Below, in pieces: positions 1-8,419 of a stretch of DNA of 54,644 bases (positions are counted from its first letter, which is position 1; every line of letters starts with the position of its first letter). The DNA is taken from IMG/VR virus record IMGVR_UViG_3300032268_001435, positions 1 to 54,644 of that record. One strand, written 5' to 3'. The notes under the pieces are model-generated. The model had not been told where the DNA came from. It did not search any database and saw only the letters and a program-made list of their open reading frames with translations. This stretch comes from a virus (Duplodnaviria; Caudoviricetes). A program made the position numbers and the translations under genes.

Positions 1-15
1 AGTCGAGGTGCTGCT

Positions 16-267
16 ATGAAGAAAAAGAAGAATGTTCCAGCTCCTGTCATTTCCTCTTCTGATGAAGCGTCTGCTGCTATTCAGAGTTGGTATTTGAGTT
101 CTCCGGAGTATGATCCGTATGATTGTCCGGAGATTTCAGAAAATCATATGGAGCGTCTACAGGCTCTTGTTCGTAAGATTTGGGAGGATGCATATCAGAC
201 TGGAAGGTCTGATGCACGATCCGATGCTGCTGTTGAAGTCGCAGAGGCAGAATGGTTCCACAGCTGA
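16..267 (+). CDS. hypothetical protein
   Basis: 83-aa ORF, GAGGT SD upstream, first of a tightly packed plus-strand run. Confidence 0.7.
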   Translation: MKKKKNVPAPVISSSDEASAAIQSWYLSSPEYDPYDCPEISENHMERLQALVRKIWEDAYQTGRSDARSDAAVEVAEAEWFHS

Positions 268-273
268 CTGTGC

Positions 274-531
274 ATGATTATGAAGTGCTACACTCTCAAG
301 TATGATGTGCCTGCCAAGCACATGTACAAGAATCCCTACGGCATATGGGTGCCTCAGCTCGTGCAGCACAAGTTATCACCTGCAGGAATGGGATCTGCCG
401 TGTACACTCCCCTTCATGTGGGAGCAGTTGCACTGCTGATCGATACGAAGAACATGCCGGGCAAGTGCATATACCTCTCAGGCGGTTTCACCGTGGAGCT
501 GCATGATTCAGATTTGGAGCCACTATCATGA
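274..531 (+). CDS. hypothetical protein
   Basis: 85-aa ORF, ATGA overlap with the next gene. Confidence 0.65.
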   Translation: MIMKCYTLKYDVPAKHMYKNPYGIWVPQLVQHKLSPAGMGSAVYTPLHVGAVALLIDTKNMPGKCIYLSGGFTVELHDSDLEPLS

Positions 532-860
532 ACAAGAAAGATCCTGTGGATCTGGAGACAGGCGATCTCGCATGGATCTGGTCCACAACGGGCCCACTCT
601 CTGCGCTGGTTATTGATACTGATCCTAGTAGGGAGGCACAAACCTACTACCTGCTTTCCTGCCCAGATCGGGAGCCTGAGTGGATTCCGGAATCGTTGGT
701 GTTCTCCTCACCGGAAGCCGTAACCCACCCATGGCAGGCCCGGCAGGTATACCCATCCCTGATCGCCAATGAGATCGTATCCGTGCAGCCAATGCCCCAG
801 GGCTGCCTACAATTCTACCTCGATGAGGTCGAGTCCAGAGTGAAAAGAGAAGGAGAATGA
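528..860 (+). CDS. small SH3/KOW-like beta-barrel protein (putative)
   Basis: LETGDLAWI N-terminus and EWIPESLV-type strand; coupled start. Confidence 0.6.
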   Translation: MNKKDPVDLETGDLAWIWSTTGPLSALVIDTDPSREAQTYYLLSCPDREPEWIPESLVFSSPEAVTHPWQARQVYPSLIANEIVSVQPMPQGCLQFYLDEVESRVKREGE

Positions 861-863
861 GCC

Positions 864-1097
864 CTGAGCAGCGATATCTATATTCTTGAAACGTCGGATG
901 GTGGGATTGAGTTGGAGATTGGTGTTCGTTCTGTAGGTATTCGTGTATCGGATCCAGACGAGAATGCCATTGTTTTCTTTGATATGACAAATGCGGATCA
1001 TCGTGAACGTATGAGGGTAATGGTTCAGGCTTTGCAGCACCAACTTGATATTCACTCTGAGAGCGGTGAACAATGCTTAATCCGGGAGACCTGGTGA
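864..1097 (+). CDS. hypothetical protein (start uncertain: CTG 864 or TTG 912)
   Basis: Frame open from 861; AAGGAG SD at 850-855 lies 8 nt before CTG 864. Confidence 0.5.
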   Translation: MSSDIYILETSDGGIELEIGVRSVGIRVSDPDENAIVFFDMTNADHRERMRVMVQALQHQLDIHSESGEQCLIRETW

Positions 1098-1297
1098 AAA
1101 TCTCTCCTCGTCCTGCGATGTTCGAGACTGTGCACGCAAGAAATCTCTCCACGACACACGTGGTGGAACTGCTGAAGGGAACGCTGGGAATTCTAGTAAG
1201 CCTCCACGGCGAAGTCCACAGGCGAGCCCATGTCCTCATCGGGGGTCAGCTGTACGAGACATACTATGACAACATCGAGCAGCACCGTGACACCTGA
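1073..1297 (+). CDS. small SH3/KOW-like protein (putative)
   Basis: MLNPGDLVKI...GTLGILV pattern. Confidence 0.65.
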   Translation: MLNPGDLVKISPRPAMFETVHARNLSTTHVVELLKGTLGILVSLHGEVHRRAHVLIGGQLYETYYDNIEQHRDT

Positions 1298-1532
1298 AGT
1301 TCCTGATCCCGGATCGCTGATGCGGCTCGTCCAAGGCCTGAACTGGTGCAACGGGCACGTTGTTGACAGCAACGACAACATCGTGGCGGAGATGCACTTC
1401 ACGAAGGAGGATGTCGCGCTGTTCATCTCAGTGAGGCCCAATGCGTGGGATCCGGTGAGGGGGAGAAAGTATCGATGCCTAGTGGGCGATAAGATCGTCC
1501 TTTTCAACCCGGACTACCTGCGCAAGGTGTGA
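1287..1532 (+). CDS. small SH3/KOW-like protein (putative)
   Basis: GTG start overlapping the previous gene; PDPGSLMRL...YRCLVGDKIVLF. Confidence 0.55.
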   Translation: MTPEVPDPGSLMRLVQGLNWCNGHVVDSNDNIVAEMHFTKEDVALFISVRPNAWDPVRGRKYRCLVGDKIVLFNPDYLRKV

Positions 1533-1985
1533 GTTAAAGACAAGACAGATCCTGTCTTCTAATGACTCGTTCTTCCCTACCCTGTGGTAGAGATCCGAGG
1601 GAAATGTGATAAGAAGTCCTGGTGTGGGTGAGATTGAAAACGTCTGCGGAGTCTCCCGAGTCACGACATCAAATTGAATATCCCCAGACCCACTGCATGC
1701 CTGCAGGTATAGAACACCCGAAGAAGTGAATCCGGTGTGCGTGTGCCACTCGTTGCACGATCCCGGAGGATTGATGTTGAACCAAAAACTATCGGCTCTC
1801 ACATCGCGAAGAAAGCGCTCGAGGTCGGGAAACTGCTCAGTCTTCGGGCCGCTTGTCGTTGATGACCAACCGCCACGTGTGCTTCTGCGACGGGACTTCG
1901 GATCGAGCGCCCTGAGCCGCATCACCTCCTCGATTAGACCGACGGGCAGTGTGACCGAGGAGGTGAAAACGAGGTCCTGAATCAT
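1479..1985 (-). CDS. putative 2OG-Fe(II) oxygenase
   Basis: WFNINPPG..HTH, SGVLYL, PGLLITFPSDLYHRV and RICLVFN motifs. Confidence 0.85.
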   Translation of the reverse strand: MIQDLVFTSSVTLPVGLIEEVMRLRALDPKSRRRSTRGGWSSTTSGPKTEQFPDLERFLRDVRADSFWFNINPPGSCNEWHTHTGFTSSGVLYLQACSGSGDIQFDVVTRETPQTFSISPTPGLLITFPSDLYHRVGKNESLEDRICLVFNSHLAQVVRVEKDDLIAH

Positions 1986-2650
1986 GCCACGAATGTGTAT
2001 CCAGCTGGAACTGACCCGCCAGGCGTGCCTAGAATTGTCCAGACACCCGGAATGCTGCCAACGCTTGGATTGCAGTTTGGAGTGACGGCCGGATATATGA
2101 TCCCAGGAGTAGCAGTCGTTGTTAGAAAGAATCCTTGGCTGTCTGTGACAGGATCACCGCCAGTGTAACCAAAGACGCTGCTCCACCCGCCTCCGTTCAC
2201 GCGGTACCACCACTTTCCTCCGTCGGCAGGCGAGCACGCGAGGTCGACCACATCGTTGACGTTAGTGAATGTGGGACCTGACTCTGTCTGAACAGAACCA
2301 TCGCTGTTGTACACAGTTCCATCGCTTCGAGCTCCGACAGAGTTGAATCCGATGAGCGGCCCCGAGTAACTGAAGATGACATTGGCAAATCCTGCAAACA
2401 TGTACTGTGTTGCACCCAGCACCTTCACAGTGAACATCTTTCGCTCAGACCCAATTGAGACCGCTGGATTTCCGAGTGAGGAACCGTTGTATACACCCTC
2501 TCCGAATGTAAGGTCTGTCACCGTGCGTCCACCGTCTGATATCACGAGGTCCGCTTCTGTTCTTCCTGCATCCCAAATCCAACCACTAGGAGCAGGTGAT
2601 CCAATCCTCACTGATCCCTGAACCACTAGACGATTCACATTTAGTGACAT
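1982..2650 (-). CDS. SPRY/concanavalin-like beta-sandwich protein
   Basis: LVISDGGRTVT, DVVDLA, WYRVNG pattern; GGGAG SD; ATACTTA motif upstream. Confidence 0.6.
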   Translation of the reverse strand: MSLNVNRLVVQGSVRIGSPAPSGWIWDAGRTEADLVISDGGRTVTDLTFGEGVYNGSSLGNPAVSIGSERKMFTVKVLGATQYMFAGFANVIFSYSGPLIGFNSVGARSDGTVYNSDGSVQTESGPTFTNVNDVVDLACSPADGGKWWYRVNGGGWSSVFGYTGGDPVTDSQGFFLTTTATPGIIYPAVTPNCNPSVGSIPGVWTILGTPGGSVPAGYTFVA

Positions 2651-2707
2651 TTTATCTCCCCTTAAAGAGACTAAGTATGTGTCAGGAAGATGAAGAGCAC
2701 AAGGATT

Positions 2708-3364
2708 TCACTCCACTCGGACAGACTTTGCCCCGAACGTGCTGCGGGCGACACCGATGATTTTATCGATCGTGAGATCGTCGGGCTTGTGAACCACCAT
2801 GGAGACGCAGATTCCCGGACCTTCCGCCACCGAGACGGAGGTGGAGACGACACGCACCCCCATCCCCTCCACAGAGGCACGCAGGTCCCTCACGACGCCA
2901 GGGCGGTCAAAGAGGTTGAACTCGATCGTGTGGATGTGGTGGGTGGAGAGGAATCGGTGCTCGAGATTTCCCACGATCCAGAGCGTCCCGAGCGTCATCA
3001 CAGCAGCGACTGCCGCCAGAGGGCCGAACCCACTCCCGCACGCGATGCCGATGATGGCGGTGGTCCACAGGGATGCCGCAGTCGTGAGACCCTTCACTGA
3101 TGATCCATACCGCACAATGGCGCCAGCACCCAGGAATCCCAGGCCGTTCACCACCTGCGCGACGATGCGCCCCGGATCTCCTCCGGTACTGAGCGCTGTT
3201 GCGTAGAGGATCGACACCTCGGCGGCGAGGGCGGATCCGACGGCGAGCACCATGTGTGTGCGGAGGCCTGCTGACTGACCGTGGACGTCCCTCTCGAGCC
3301 CAATCACACCCCCGAGGAGTGCAGCGAGACCGAGACCGACGACGTGTGAGACTGTGACTTCCAT
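2708..3364 (-). CDS. mgtC: MgtC/SapB family membrane protein
   Basis: GGVIGLER..AGLRTH, DPGRIVAQVV.GLGFLGAG, GLTTAASLW motifs; ACT-like C-terminus. Confidence 0.92.
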   Translation of the reverse strand: MEVTVSHVVGLGLAALLGGVIGLERDVHGQSAGLRTHMVLAVGSALAAEVSILYATALSTGGDPGRIVAQVVNGLGFLGAGAIVRYGSSVKGLTTAASLWTTAIIGIACGSGFGPLAAVAAVMTLGTLWIVGNLEHRFLSTHHIHTIEFNLFDRPGVVRDLRASVEGMGVRVVSTSVSVAEGPGICVSMVVHKPDDLTIDKIIGVARSTFGAKSVRVE

Positions 3365-3409
3365 AGTATTAAGTATAGCAAGGCGGTGGGCAGGATTATA
3401 TTTATGGGC

Positions 3410-4198
3410 ATGCAAAAAACAAATCTACTCCGCGAGGCAATAAGGGCGATACTCCGCGAGGAGGCGGGACCCGACAAGTCGAGCGCGCTCGCGGACAGGA
3501 TCATAGAGACGAACAAGGGAATGAGGGAGGTGGGACTCCCGTTCCAGATCGTCATCGAGATCTCGGGCGGGGCAGACTTCGAGGCGCAGATCATGCTGAA
3601 GAGGACTGACGCGGGCGGAGGAGACGAGGAGCTCACGCGAATCATGCCCGGATCGACGATCGTCTCGGACTGGATAGAGGAGAACATGATGTCACCGAAG
3701 CGGGAGGCGGCGCTGGAGATCTCAAAGCGTCTTCCCTACGGAAGCATCCTCACAGCACCCCCGTCCCGCAGCGACGGCAAGTGCCTAAGCTCACAGGTGG
3801 TGCAGCTCACGAGGGAGACGCGCCCGGGCTGGGGACCGCTACTATACGACATCGCGCTTGAGGCGGCGACGGAGAGCAGGGGAGGACTCACACCCGACAG
3901 GCTCACGGTCACACCCGAGGCGCAGAGGATCTGGAGGGCGTACGACACGGCGAGGCCCGACGTCTCGAAGCGGCAGCTGGACATCGACCCTCTCGCGATG
4001 GCACTGAGCGACAAGACCTACAGCGGCATCAAGCCAGAGCGCCTCACACCCGACGACCCAACAGACGACTGCGGGCAGGTGTCATCCTGGGAGGCGACAG
4101 ACGGGAACTGGAGCAGCTCACCACTATCACGCACCTACAGCAAGGCGCCCGGGGTGATCCCAAAGCTCGAGGCTGCCGGCGCGATCGTGAGGCGCTGA
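3410..4198 (+). CDS. hypothetical protein with GNAT-like motif and LRxxIRxxLRE N-terminus
   Basis: PGWGPLLYD..LTPD..VTPEAQRIW resembles an acetyl-CoA-binding motif; N-terminus shared with 36840, 38277 and 40420. Confidence 0.7.
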   Translation: MQKTNLLREAIRAILREEAGPDKSSALADRIIETNKGMREVGLPFQIVIEISGGADFEAQIMLKRTDAGGGDEELTRIMPGSTIVSDWIEENMMSPKREAALEISKRLPYGSILTAPPSRSDGKCLSSQVVQLTRETRPGWGPLLYDIALEAATESRGGLTPDRLTVTPEAQRIWRAYDTARPDVSKRQLDIDPLAMALSDKTYSGIKPERLTPDDPTDDCGQVSSWEATDGNWSSSPLSRTYSKAPGVIPKLEAAGAIVRR

Positions 4199-4199
4199 T

Positions 4200-4745
4200 C
4201 CCAAAGTGGGCGTCGACTCGGGCTCGGGCGCGGCTTAAACGAAGAAATACTAGGGGGAGAAGAGCCCCTAAGGGGACACAAGCACTCAAGGGAGCTCTCG
4301 CTACAGGGACGACTAGAGGGGAGCTATAAAGGGGAGACCCAATGCACTCCCAGGCGCCCAGGCGCCCGAGCACGAGCCCAGCACAGTCGGGCGCAGGACC
4401 CAGACCCCTAGCCCCCACCCACTCCTCCCAGTCACACGTGGGCAGTGGCCGATCAGCCACGTCACCCGCTGCTGCGCAGGGGGCACCTCGGGGCGACGCC
4501 CATCAGCGCTGCGCAGTCCCTGCTCGAAAAAGGTGGGGTGGCGGAGGGTGACAAAGAGTGCCAAAAAGTGACAAACATATTACACAAGCTCCGACAAGCT
4601 CCGGCATAGGGGGACAGAGATACTCAGTGGCTGTCGGACTTAGTACCCACGCACTCCCCTCACTGCACGCACTCCCCCGCCACTGCTCTCCCCTGCACCC
4701 TCACTGCGCACCTCGTCTCCCCCTCTCCCCCCGCGCGGCCTCATT
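4200..4745. other. long non-coding low-complexity region at the left edge of the early block
   Basis: No credible ORF; periodic CTA..GGGG runs at 4250-4335, tandem ACAAGCTCCG x2 at 4584-4603, pyrimidine-rich CACTGC repeats at 4650-4735. Confidence 0.6.
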
Positions 4746-4785
4746 TTGTGTGCAAACCGCTCCCCCTCTGTGGTACTGTTATCAC

Positions 4786-5013
4786 ATGTCCTTTTGCCAT
4801 CACTCGCTCTCCACCTCGCTCCCCCCTCTCGGCTCCCTCGTCCGTGTCCACTGGTACACTGGGCCTCCCGAGCACGTGGCGGTCATGTCGGGGATCGTCA
4901 TGACCCTGGAACCCCAATACGGGACAGTCGAGGTGCTGGTCACATGTGCAGGTAGCAGGGAGACGTGGATTCGTCGGTGCCCCCTTCGAGAGCTCGAGGT
5001 GGTGGAGCAGTGA
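4786..5013 (+). CDS. small SH3-like protein, leaderless
   Basis: ATG 6 nt after TACTGT; LPPLGSLVRV. Confidence 0.65.
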   Translation: MSFCHHSLSTSLPPLGSLVRVHWYTGPPEHVAVMSGIVMTLEPQYGTVEVLVTCAGSRETWIRRCPLRELEVVEQ

Positions 5014-5249
5014 CTCCTCTCCCCCCGGGCGCTCTATTCATCGTCTCGCCCGCGCCGGGGGACGACAGATTTCACACCCCCATGGAGTGGATGGCGCACA
5101 AGTGGGCTGGGTGTGTGGGCGTGGTGGTGGACGTCTATGTGTCTGCTGAATGCCACCCCGCGGGGATCAGAGTGCCGCTACTTGTTGGTGGAGCTGTCCG
5201 CCCCTTCGATCGGCGGCACCTCCTGCCCGTCGTTGAGAGCGATGAATAG
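5010..5249 (+). CDS. small SH3-like protein
   Basis: GTGA overlap; LPPGALFIV..GCVGVVV. Confidence 0.6.
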   Translation: MTPLPPGALFIVSPAPGDDRFHTPMEWMAHKWAGCVGVVVDVYVSAECHPAGIRVPLLVGGAVRPFDRRHLLPVVESDE

Positions 5250-5402
5250 CGTGATCGTTAGCGTGACGAGCAGCGTGAGAAAAAGCGTCTTCTCCCTTCC
5301 CCCGATTAGCGTGATCATTAGCGTGACGGGTAGTGTGAGAAATAGTGTGGTGAGCAGCGCGAGAAATAGTGTCACGAATAGCGTGAGAAATAGTGTGAGA
5401 AA
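5247..5402 (+). repeat. 12-bp tandem repeat array A (consensus TAG(C/T)GTGAGAAA)
   Basis: 13 in-phase 12-mers, two of them degenerate, ending 16 nt before the -35 at 5419. Confidence 0.85.
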
Positions 5403-5511
5403 AAATGTAAAGGACCTCGTGTAAATCCCCGCCCCCTGGGTTATGATTCTAACATGATGAAGCGGTGGGAGTGGTTCCCCCGCACGGATAACAGAAACAG
5501 GAGAGACACGA

Positions 5512-5802
5512 ATGAGCAGAAACAGCAACAACGGTCGCAGCAGCAACAACACTGGTCGCACGGAGCTCGTCTCCCGGGAGCGCTTCCTGCGAGCTGTCGA
5601 GGACATCTACCGCGAGCGTGAGCGCAACGCTGAGCTACAGGCCGCCCTCCAGCGTGCCTACACGGACGGCGCTGCTGCGGTCCTCAACTCGGACGTCTTC
5701 ACGGCGTACGTCCCCACCCGTGAGCGTCGAGGCCTCCGGGCTTGGAACTTCGGCCGCAGCGCCCGTCGGGCTGCTGCTCGTCGGGGCAGCACCGAGGGCT
5801 GA
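5512..5802 (+). CDS. hypothetical basic coiled-coil protein
   Basis: AGGAG SD, GC3-rich codons. Confidence 0.75.
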   Translation: MSRNSNNGRSSNNTGRTELVSRERFLRAVEDIYRERERNAELQAALQRAYTDGAAAVLNSDVFTAYVPTRERRGLRAWNFGRSARRAAARRGSTEG

Positions 5803-5855
5803 GGGATCTCCCCCAGGGGGAGAAGAGTGAGTGGATCTAACTGAGGAGGCTAGAC

Positions 5856-6050
5856 ATGGCGAAGTGCAGCGAGTGTAAGGGCAAGGGGATCGTGGTCCGG
5901 GATCGTGTTGCCGCAGGAGGCCACATCGAGGGTAGCATCACCACCCAGTACTTCTCAGTGGAGCCGTGCGACTGTGGCTGCTCCCCCAGGCGTCGAAGGT
6001 CCACCCCCTCAGACGAGGCGCTCATCTCCCCCGAGGGCATCGAGATCTGA
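5856..6050 (+). CDS. small CxxC zinc-finger-like protein
   Basis: GGAGG SD; CSECKGKG...CDCGC. Confidence 0.7.
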   Translation: MAKCSECKGKGIVVRDRVAAGGHIEGSITTQYFSVEPCDCGCSPRRRRSTPSDEALISPEGIEI

Positions 6051-6283
6051 TGCCTCCCACCTACGTCCCCTGGTTCCGAGAGCCCAAGAGGCAAGGATGC
6101 CTAGTGAAGTGGACTCGGAACCAGGGGGAGGGGAGTGGGATCTTTCTTGGTACACGTGAGATCATGCGTCCGGCGCAGCCTGAGCGGCGGGCAGAGATCA
6201 CACTTGAGATCTTGGACTCCGAGTCGGGAAGGGTTCTCAACATTGAGACCTGGAGGGTGAGGCCGATCGGGGAGACTTTGTGA
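6050..6283 (+). CDS. hypothetical SH3-like protein
   Basis: TGATG coupling; QGCLVKW..GSGIFLG. Confidence 0.6.
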   Translation: MPPTYVPWFREPKRQGCLVKWTRNQGEGSGIFLGTREIMRPAQPERRAEITLEILDSESGRVLNIETWRVRPIGETL

Positions 6284-6326
6284 GAGTGCCCGTGCAAATT
6301 TGCAGCTGCTAGGGTACAGTTATACA

Positions 6327-6511
6327 GTGGGAGGGAGAGGGCGCTCGGCACGGTCGGCCCTCCGGATTCCCTCGACAGGCCCCTGCGCGTTCCCAGCGCG
6401 CGCTCCACGGAGGTGCGATGTCTCCCGTGGGAAACAGAGGGGCAATCGACCGTGTCTGGTCGGGTCCGGCGGTGCTTGCGTAGGATGATGATGAGCCTCC
6501 CCCTTCGGGGG
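6327..6511 (+). ncRNA. candidate structured small RNA
   Basis: Own promoter at 6292-6320; nested complementary segments; terminal cUUCGg hairpin. Confidence 0.45.
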
Positions 6512-6576
6512 AAAAAGTGCTCCCCTCCCGTGCAAGGCCACCCGCGCTGTGGTATCCTAGGACCATCGAGGAAGCA

Positions 6577-7326
6577 ATGAGCGCCAACACCACCAAGACC
6601 CAAATCATCAATGACCTCTGCGAGAAGTACCCGACCGGACCCCGTGGGCGGATTCGGAAGGACCACTACGTCCAGCAGGAACAGTGGGTGTCCGAGTACA
6701 CTCGGTACAAGCAGGTCCACGTCCTCGCGGCTCCGCTTCCCTTCCATGGGGTCGAGCTCAACCCGTTCTTCGGTTACAACCCGGTCGACCTCTACAAGCT
6801 GGAGGTTCGGACCCTCGACGCGGCGAAGGACGCGGTCAGGGGGCGTCGCCCCGGTGAATCACAGCAAGCGCTGACCCGGCGCGCACGGCTCCTCTGGTCG
6901 CGTTTGCGTCCGGCGATCGAGCATGTCAAGAAGACCGGCACGACCGGTGCCTGGTGCATCTCTTTCAAGGCGTTCGACTGGGGACACCCCCTTCGGTGCG
7001 GTCTCTACTTCCACGCGGACACCGCTGCAGGTGCTGAGGCGCAGGCCCGCTTCATCGCACCCATGCTGGGTGCTTCACCTGAGATGCAGATCGACATCAA
7101 CTTCCACGACATCATCACCCCCGACGAGGCAGGCCGCCTCAATGGTGCAGCGGTCAACAGGACACTCAATGAAAAGCTGCGTGAGATCGCGGGGCTCGAG
7201 GCTCGACTGAAGCGCGCTCTAGCGGATGCTGAGAAGCTCCGTGAGACTGCAGGCAAGATGATGGGGGCAGTGATGCTGCTCAACACAGAAGAAGAGCCCG
7301 ACGCGGGCGAGAAGGAGGCTGAGTGA
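6577..7326 (+). CDS. hypothetical protein with C-terminal coiled coil
   Basis: Promoter at 6530, GAGG SD, strong GC3 bias. Confidence 0.8.
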   Translation: MSANTTKTQIINDLCEKYPTGPRGRIRKDHYVQQEQWVSEYTRYKQVHVLAAPLPFHGVELNPFFGYNPVDLYKLEVRTLDAAKDAVRGRRPGESQQALTRRARLLWSRLRPAIEHVKKTGTTGAWCISFKAFDWGHPLRCGLYFHADTAAGAEAQARFIAPMLGASPEMQIDINFHDIITPDEAGRLNGAAVNRTLNEKLREIAGLEARLKRALADAEKLRETAGKMMGAVMLLNTEEEPDAGEKEAE

Positions 7327-7631
7327 TGGATGAGACGATCGAGGGTCTGACCCTCCACGTGGGTGCGGACCGCGGACTGTTCGAAGTGCGGGTGAGCATC
7401 ATGGATGAGCCGTCGGGCCGACCCCTCCACATCTACCCGACGCACGACGGTCTCGTGGCACTCGCCCAGACTATCGAGGCGCTCCCCCGGGTCGAGGTCA
7501 TGATGGAGGAGGTCCTGGACGATCCCCGAATCACAGGCCTTCCCATCGACTTCGACGCTGTGGGGTTCGTGCAGGCAGCGCTCACACTGGGCAGGAGCGG
7601 ATGGAAGAGCAGCGTGGGCGGCAGCTGCTAA
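7323..7631 (+). CDS. hypothetical protein
   Basis: GGAGG SD, coupled to the previous gene. Confidence 0.7.
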   Translation: MMDETIEGLTLHVGADRGLFEVRVSIMDEPSGRPLHIYPTHDGLVALAQTIEALPRVEVMMEEVLDDPRITGLPIDFDAVGFVQAALTLGRSGWKSSVGGSC

Positions 7632-7681
7632 AAAAGACGATGTCCCAGTGTAAATCTCTCCTGGGTGTACTACACTTAGGA

Positions 7682-7831
7682 TGTCCCCGATGAGGGGATA
7701 GTTACTCTACATAATAGCTCTTTGGGTAAATTAAGGGTCGGCTCCGGCAAACCCCTCGGGGATGCCTGGCTCATATATATTATTGCTGAGGTGAACGTCG
7801 GTGCGGAGCCCACCGGCAAGTAACTCACCTC
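7682..7831 (+). ncRNA. candidate structured 5' leader or small RNA with possible pseudoknot
   Basis: Promoter at 7648; three hairpins; loop CGGAGCC (7804-7810) complementary to GGCTCCG (7740-7746). Confidence 0.4.
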
Positions 7832-7843
7832 CCAGAGGCACCC

Positions 7844-8311
7844 ATGCGAAGCAAGAGCTCGAAGCTGTGGGCAGTCAAGCAGCAGGCGCGGCAGTCCCAG
7901 CGTGAGGAGGGCACGACCCTTCCCGCAGTCAATACCCTCAGGGAAGCGAAGCGCACTGCACGCACCCAGAAGGTTGCACAGGGCAAGCCCGCCCACGGCA
8001 AGGACATGGACCTGATGGGCTCCTCCCGTCGGGAGCTCAGAGCTGCGAAGCCCAAGACCACTTTCGACATCTCTCCCGGTGCGCTCGTGCGGGTCTCCCG
8101 TGAGCACACGCTCGTCTTCAAGAACGTCGTCTCGGCGGGGTGCGTCCACGTGCCTACCCACTTCAAGGCTGCAGTGGGCACGCTGGGCACTGTCATTAGT
8201 ATAGAGCCCACGGCTGGCGGCTACATCAGCGTCGTATTCCCTGAGCTGGGACTCGTCGACGTGCACCCCCGGTCCCTCCGCGATGTGGGAGACACTGACG
8301 ACGAAGAGTGA
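7844..8311 (+). CDS. hypothetical protein, basic N-terminus and SH3-like C-terminus
   Basis: GAGG SD; ISPGALVRV..GTLGTVI. Confidence 0.75.
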   Translation: MRSKSSKLWAVKQQARQSQREEGTTLPAVNTLREAKRTARTQKVAQGKPAHGKDMDLMGSSRRELRAAKPKTTFDISPGALVRVSREHTLVFKNVVSAGCVHVPTHFKAAVGTLGTVISIEPTAGGYISVVFPELGLVDVHPRSLRDVGDTDDEE

Positions 8312-8419
8312 AAAAAAGTTCTGGGTCCCGGTGCAAGGGGCCGCGCGATGTGGTAGGTTATCTAAGTAGACAGGGACACACCAACCAACGGACTCTGATA
8401 CAGGACAACAGGAAACACC

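Noticed and set aside
5242-5424. NSVR tetrapeptide-repeat ORF over array A
   Set aside because: It has an ATG, but arrays B and C have the same DNA unit without starts, so a DNA-level repeat is preferred. Not fully excluded.
6430-6500. Hammerhead ribozyme (GAAA and ATGATGAG)
   Set aside because: No CUGANGA core with the required stems.
7745-7770. c-di-GMP-I riboswitch resemblance (GGCAAACC..GGGATGC)
   Set aside because: The GNRA loop, the GCAAAG junction and the second stem are missing.
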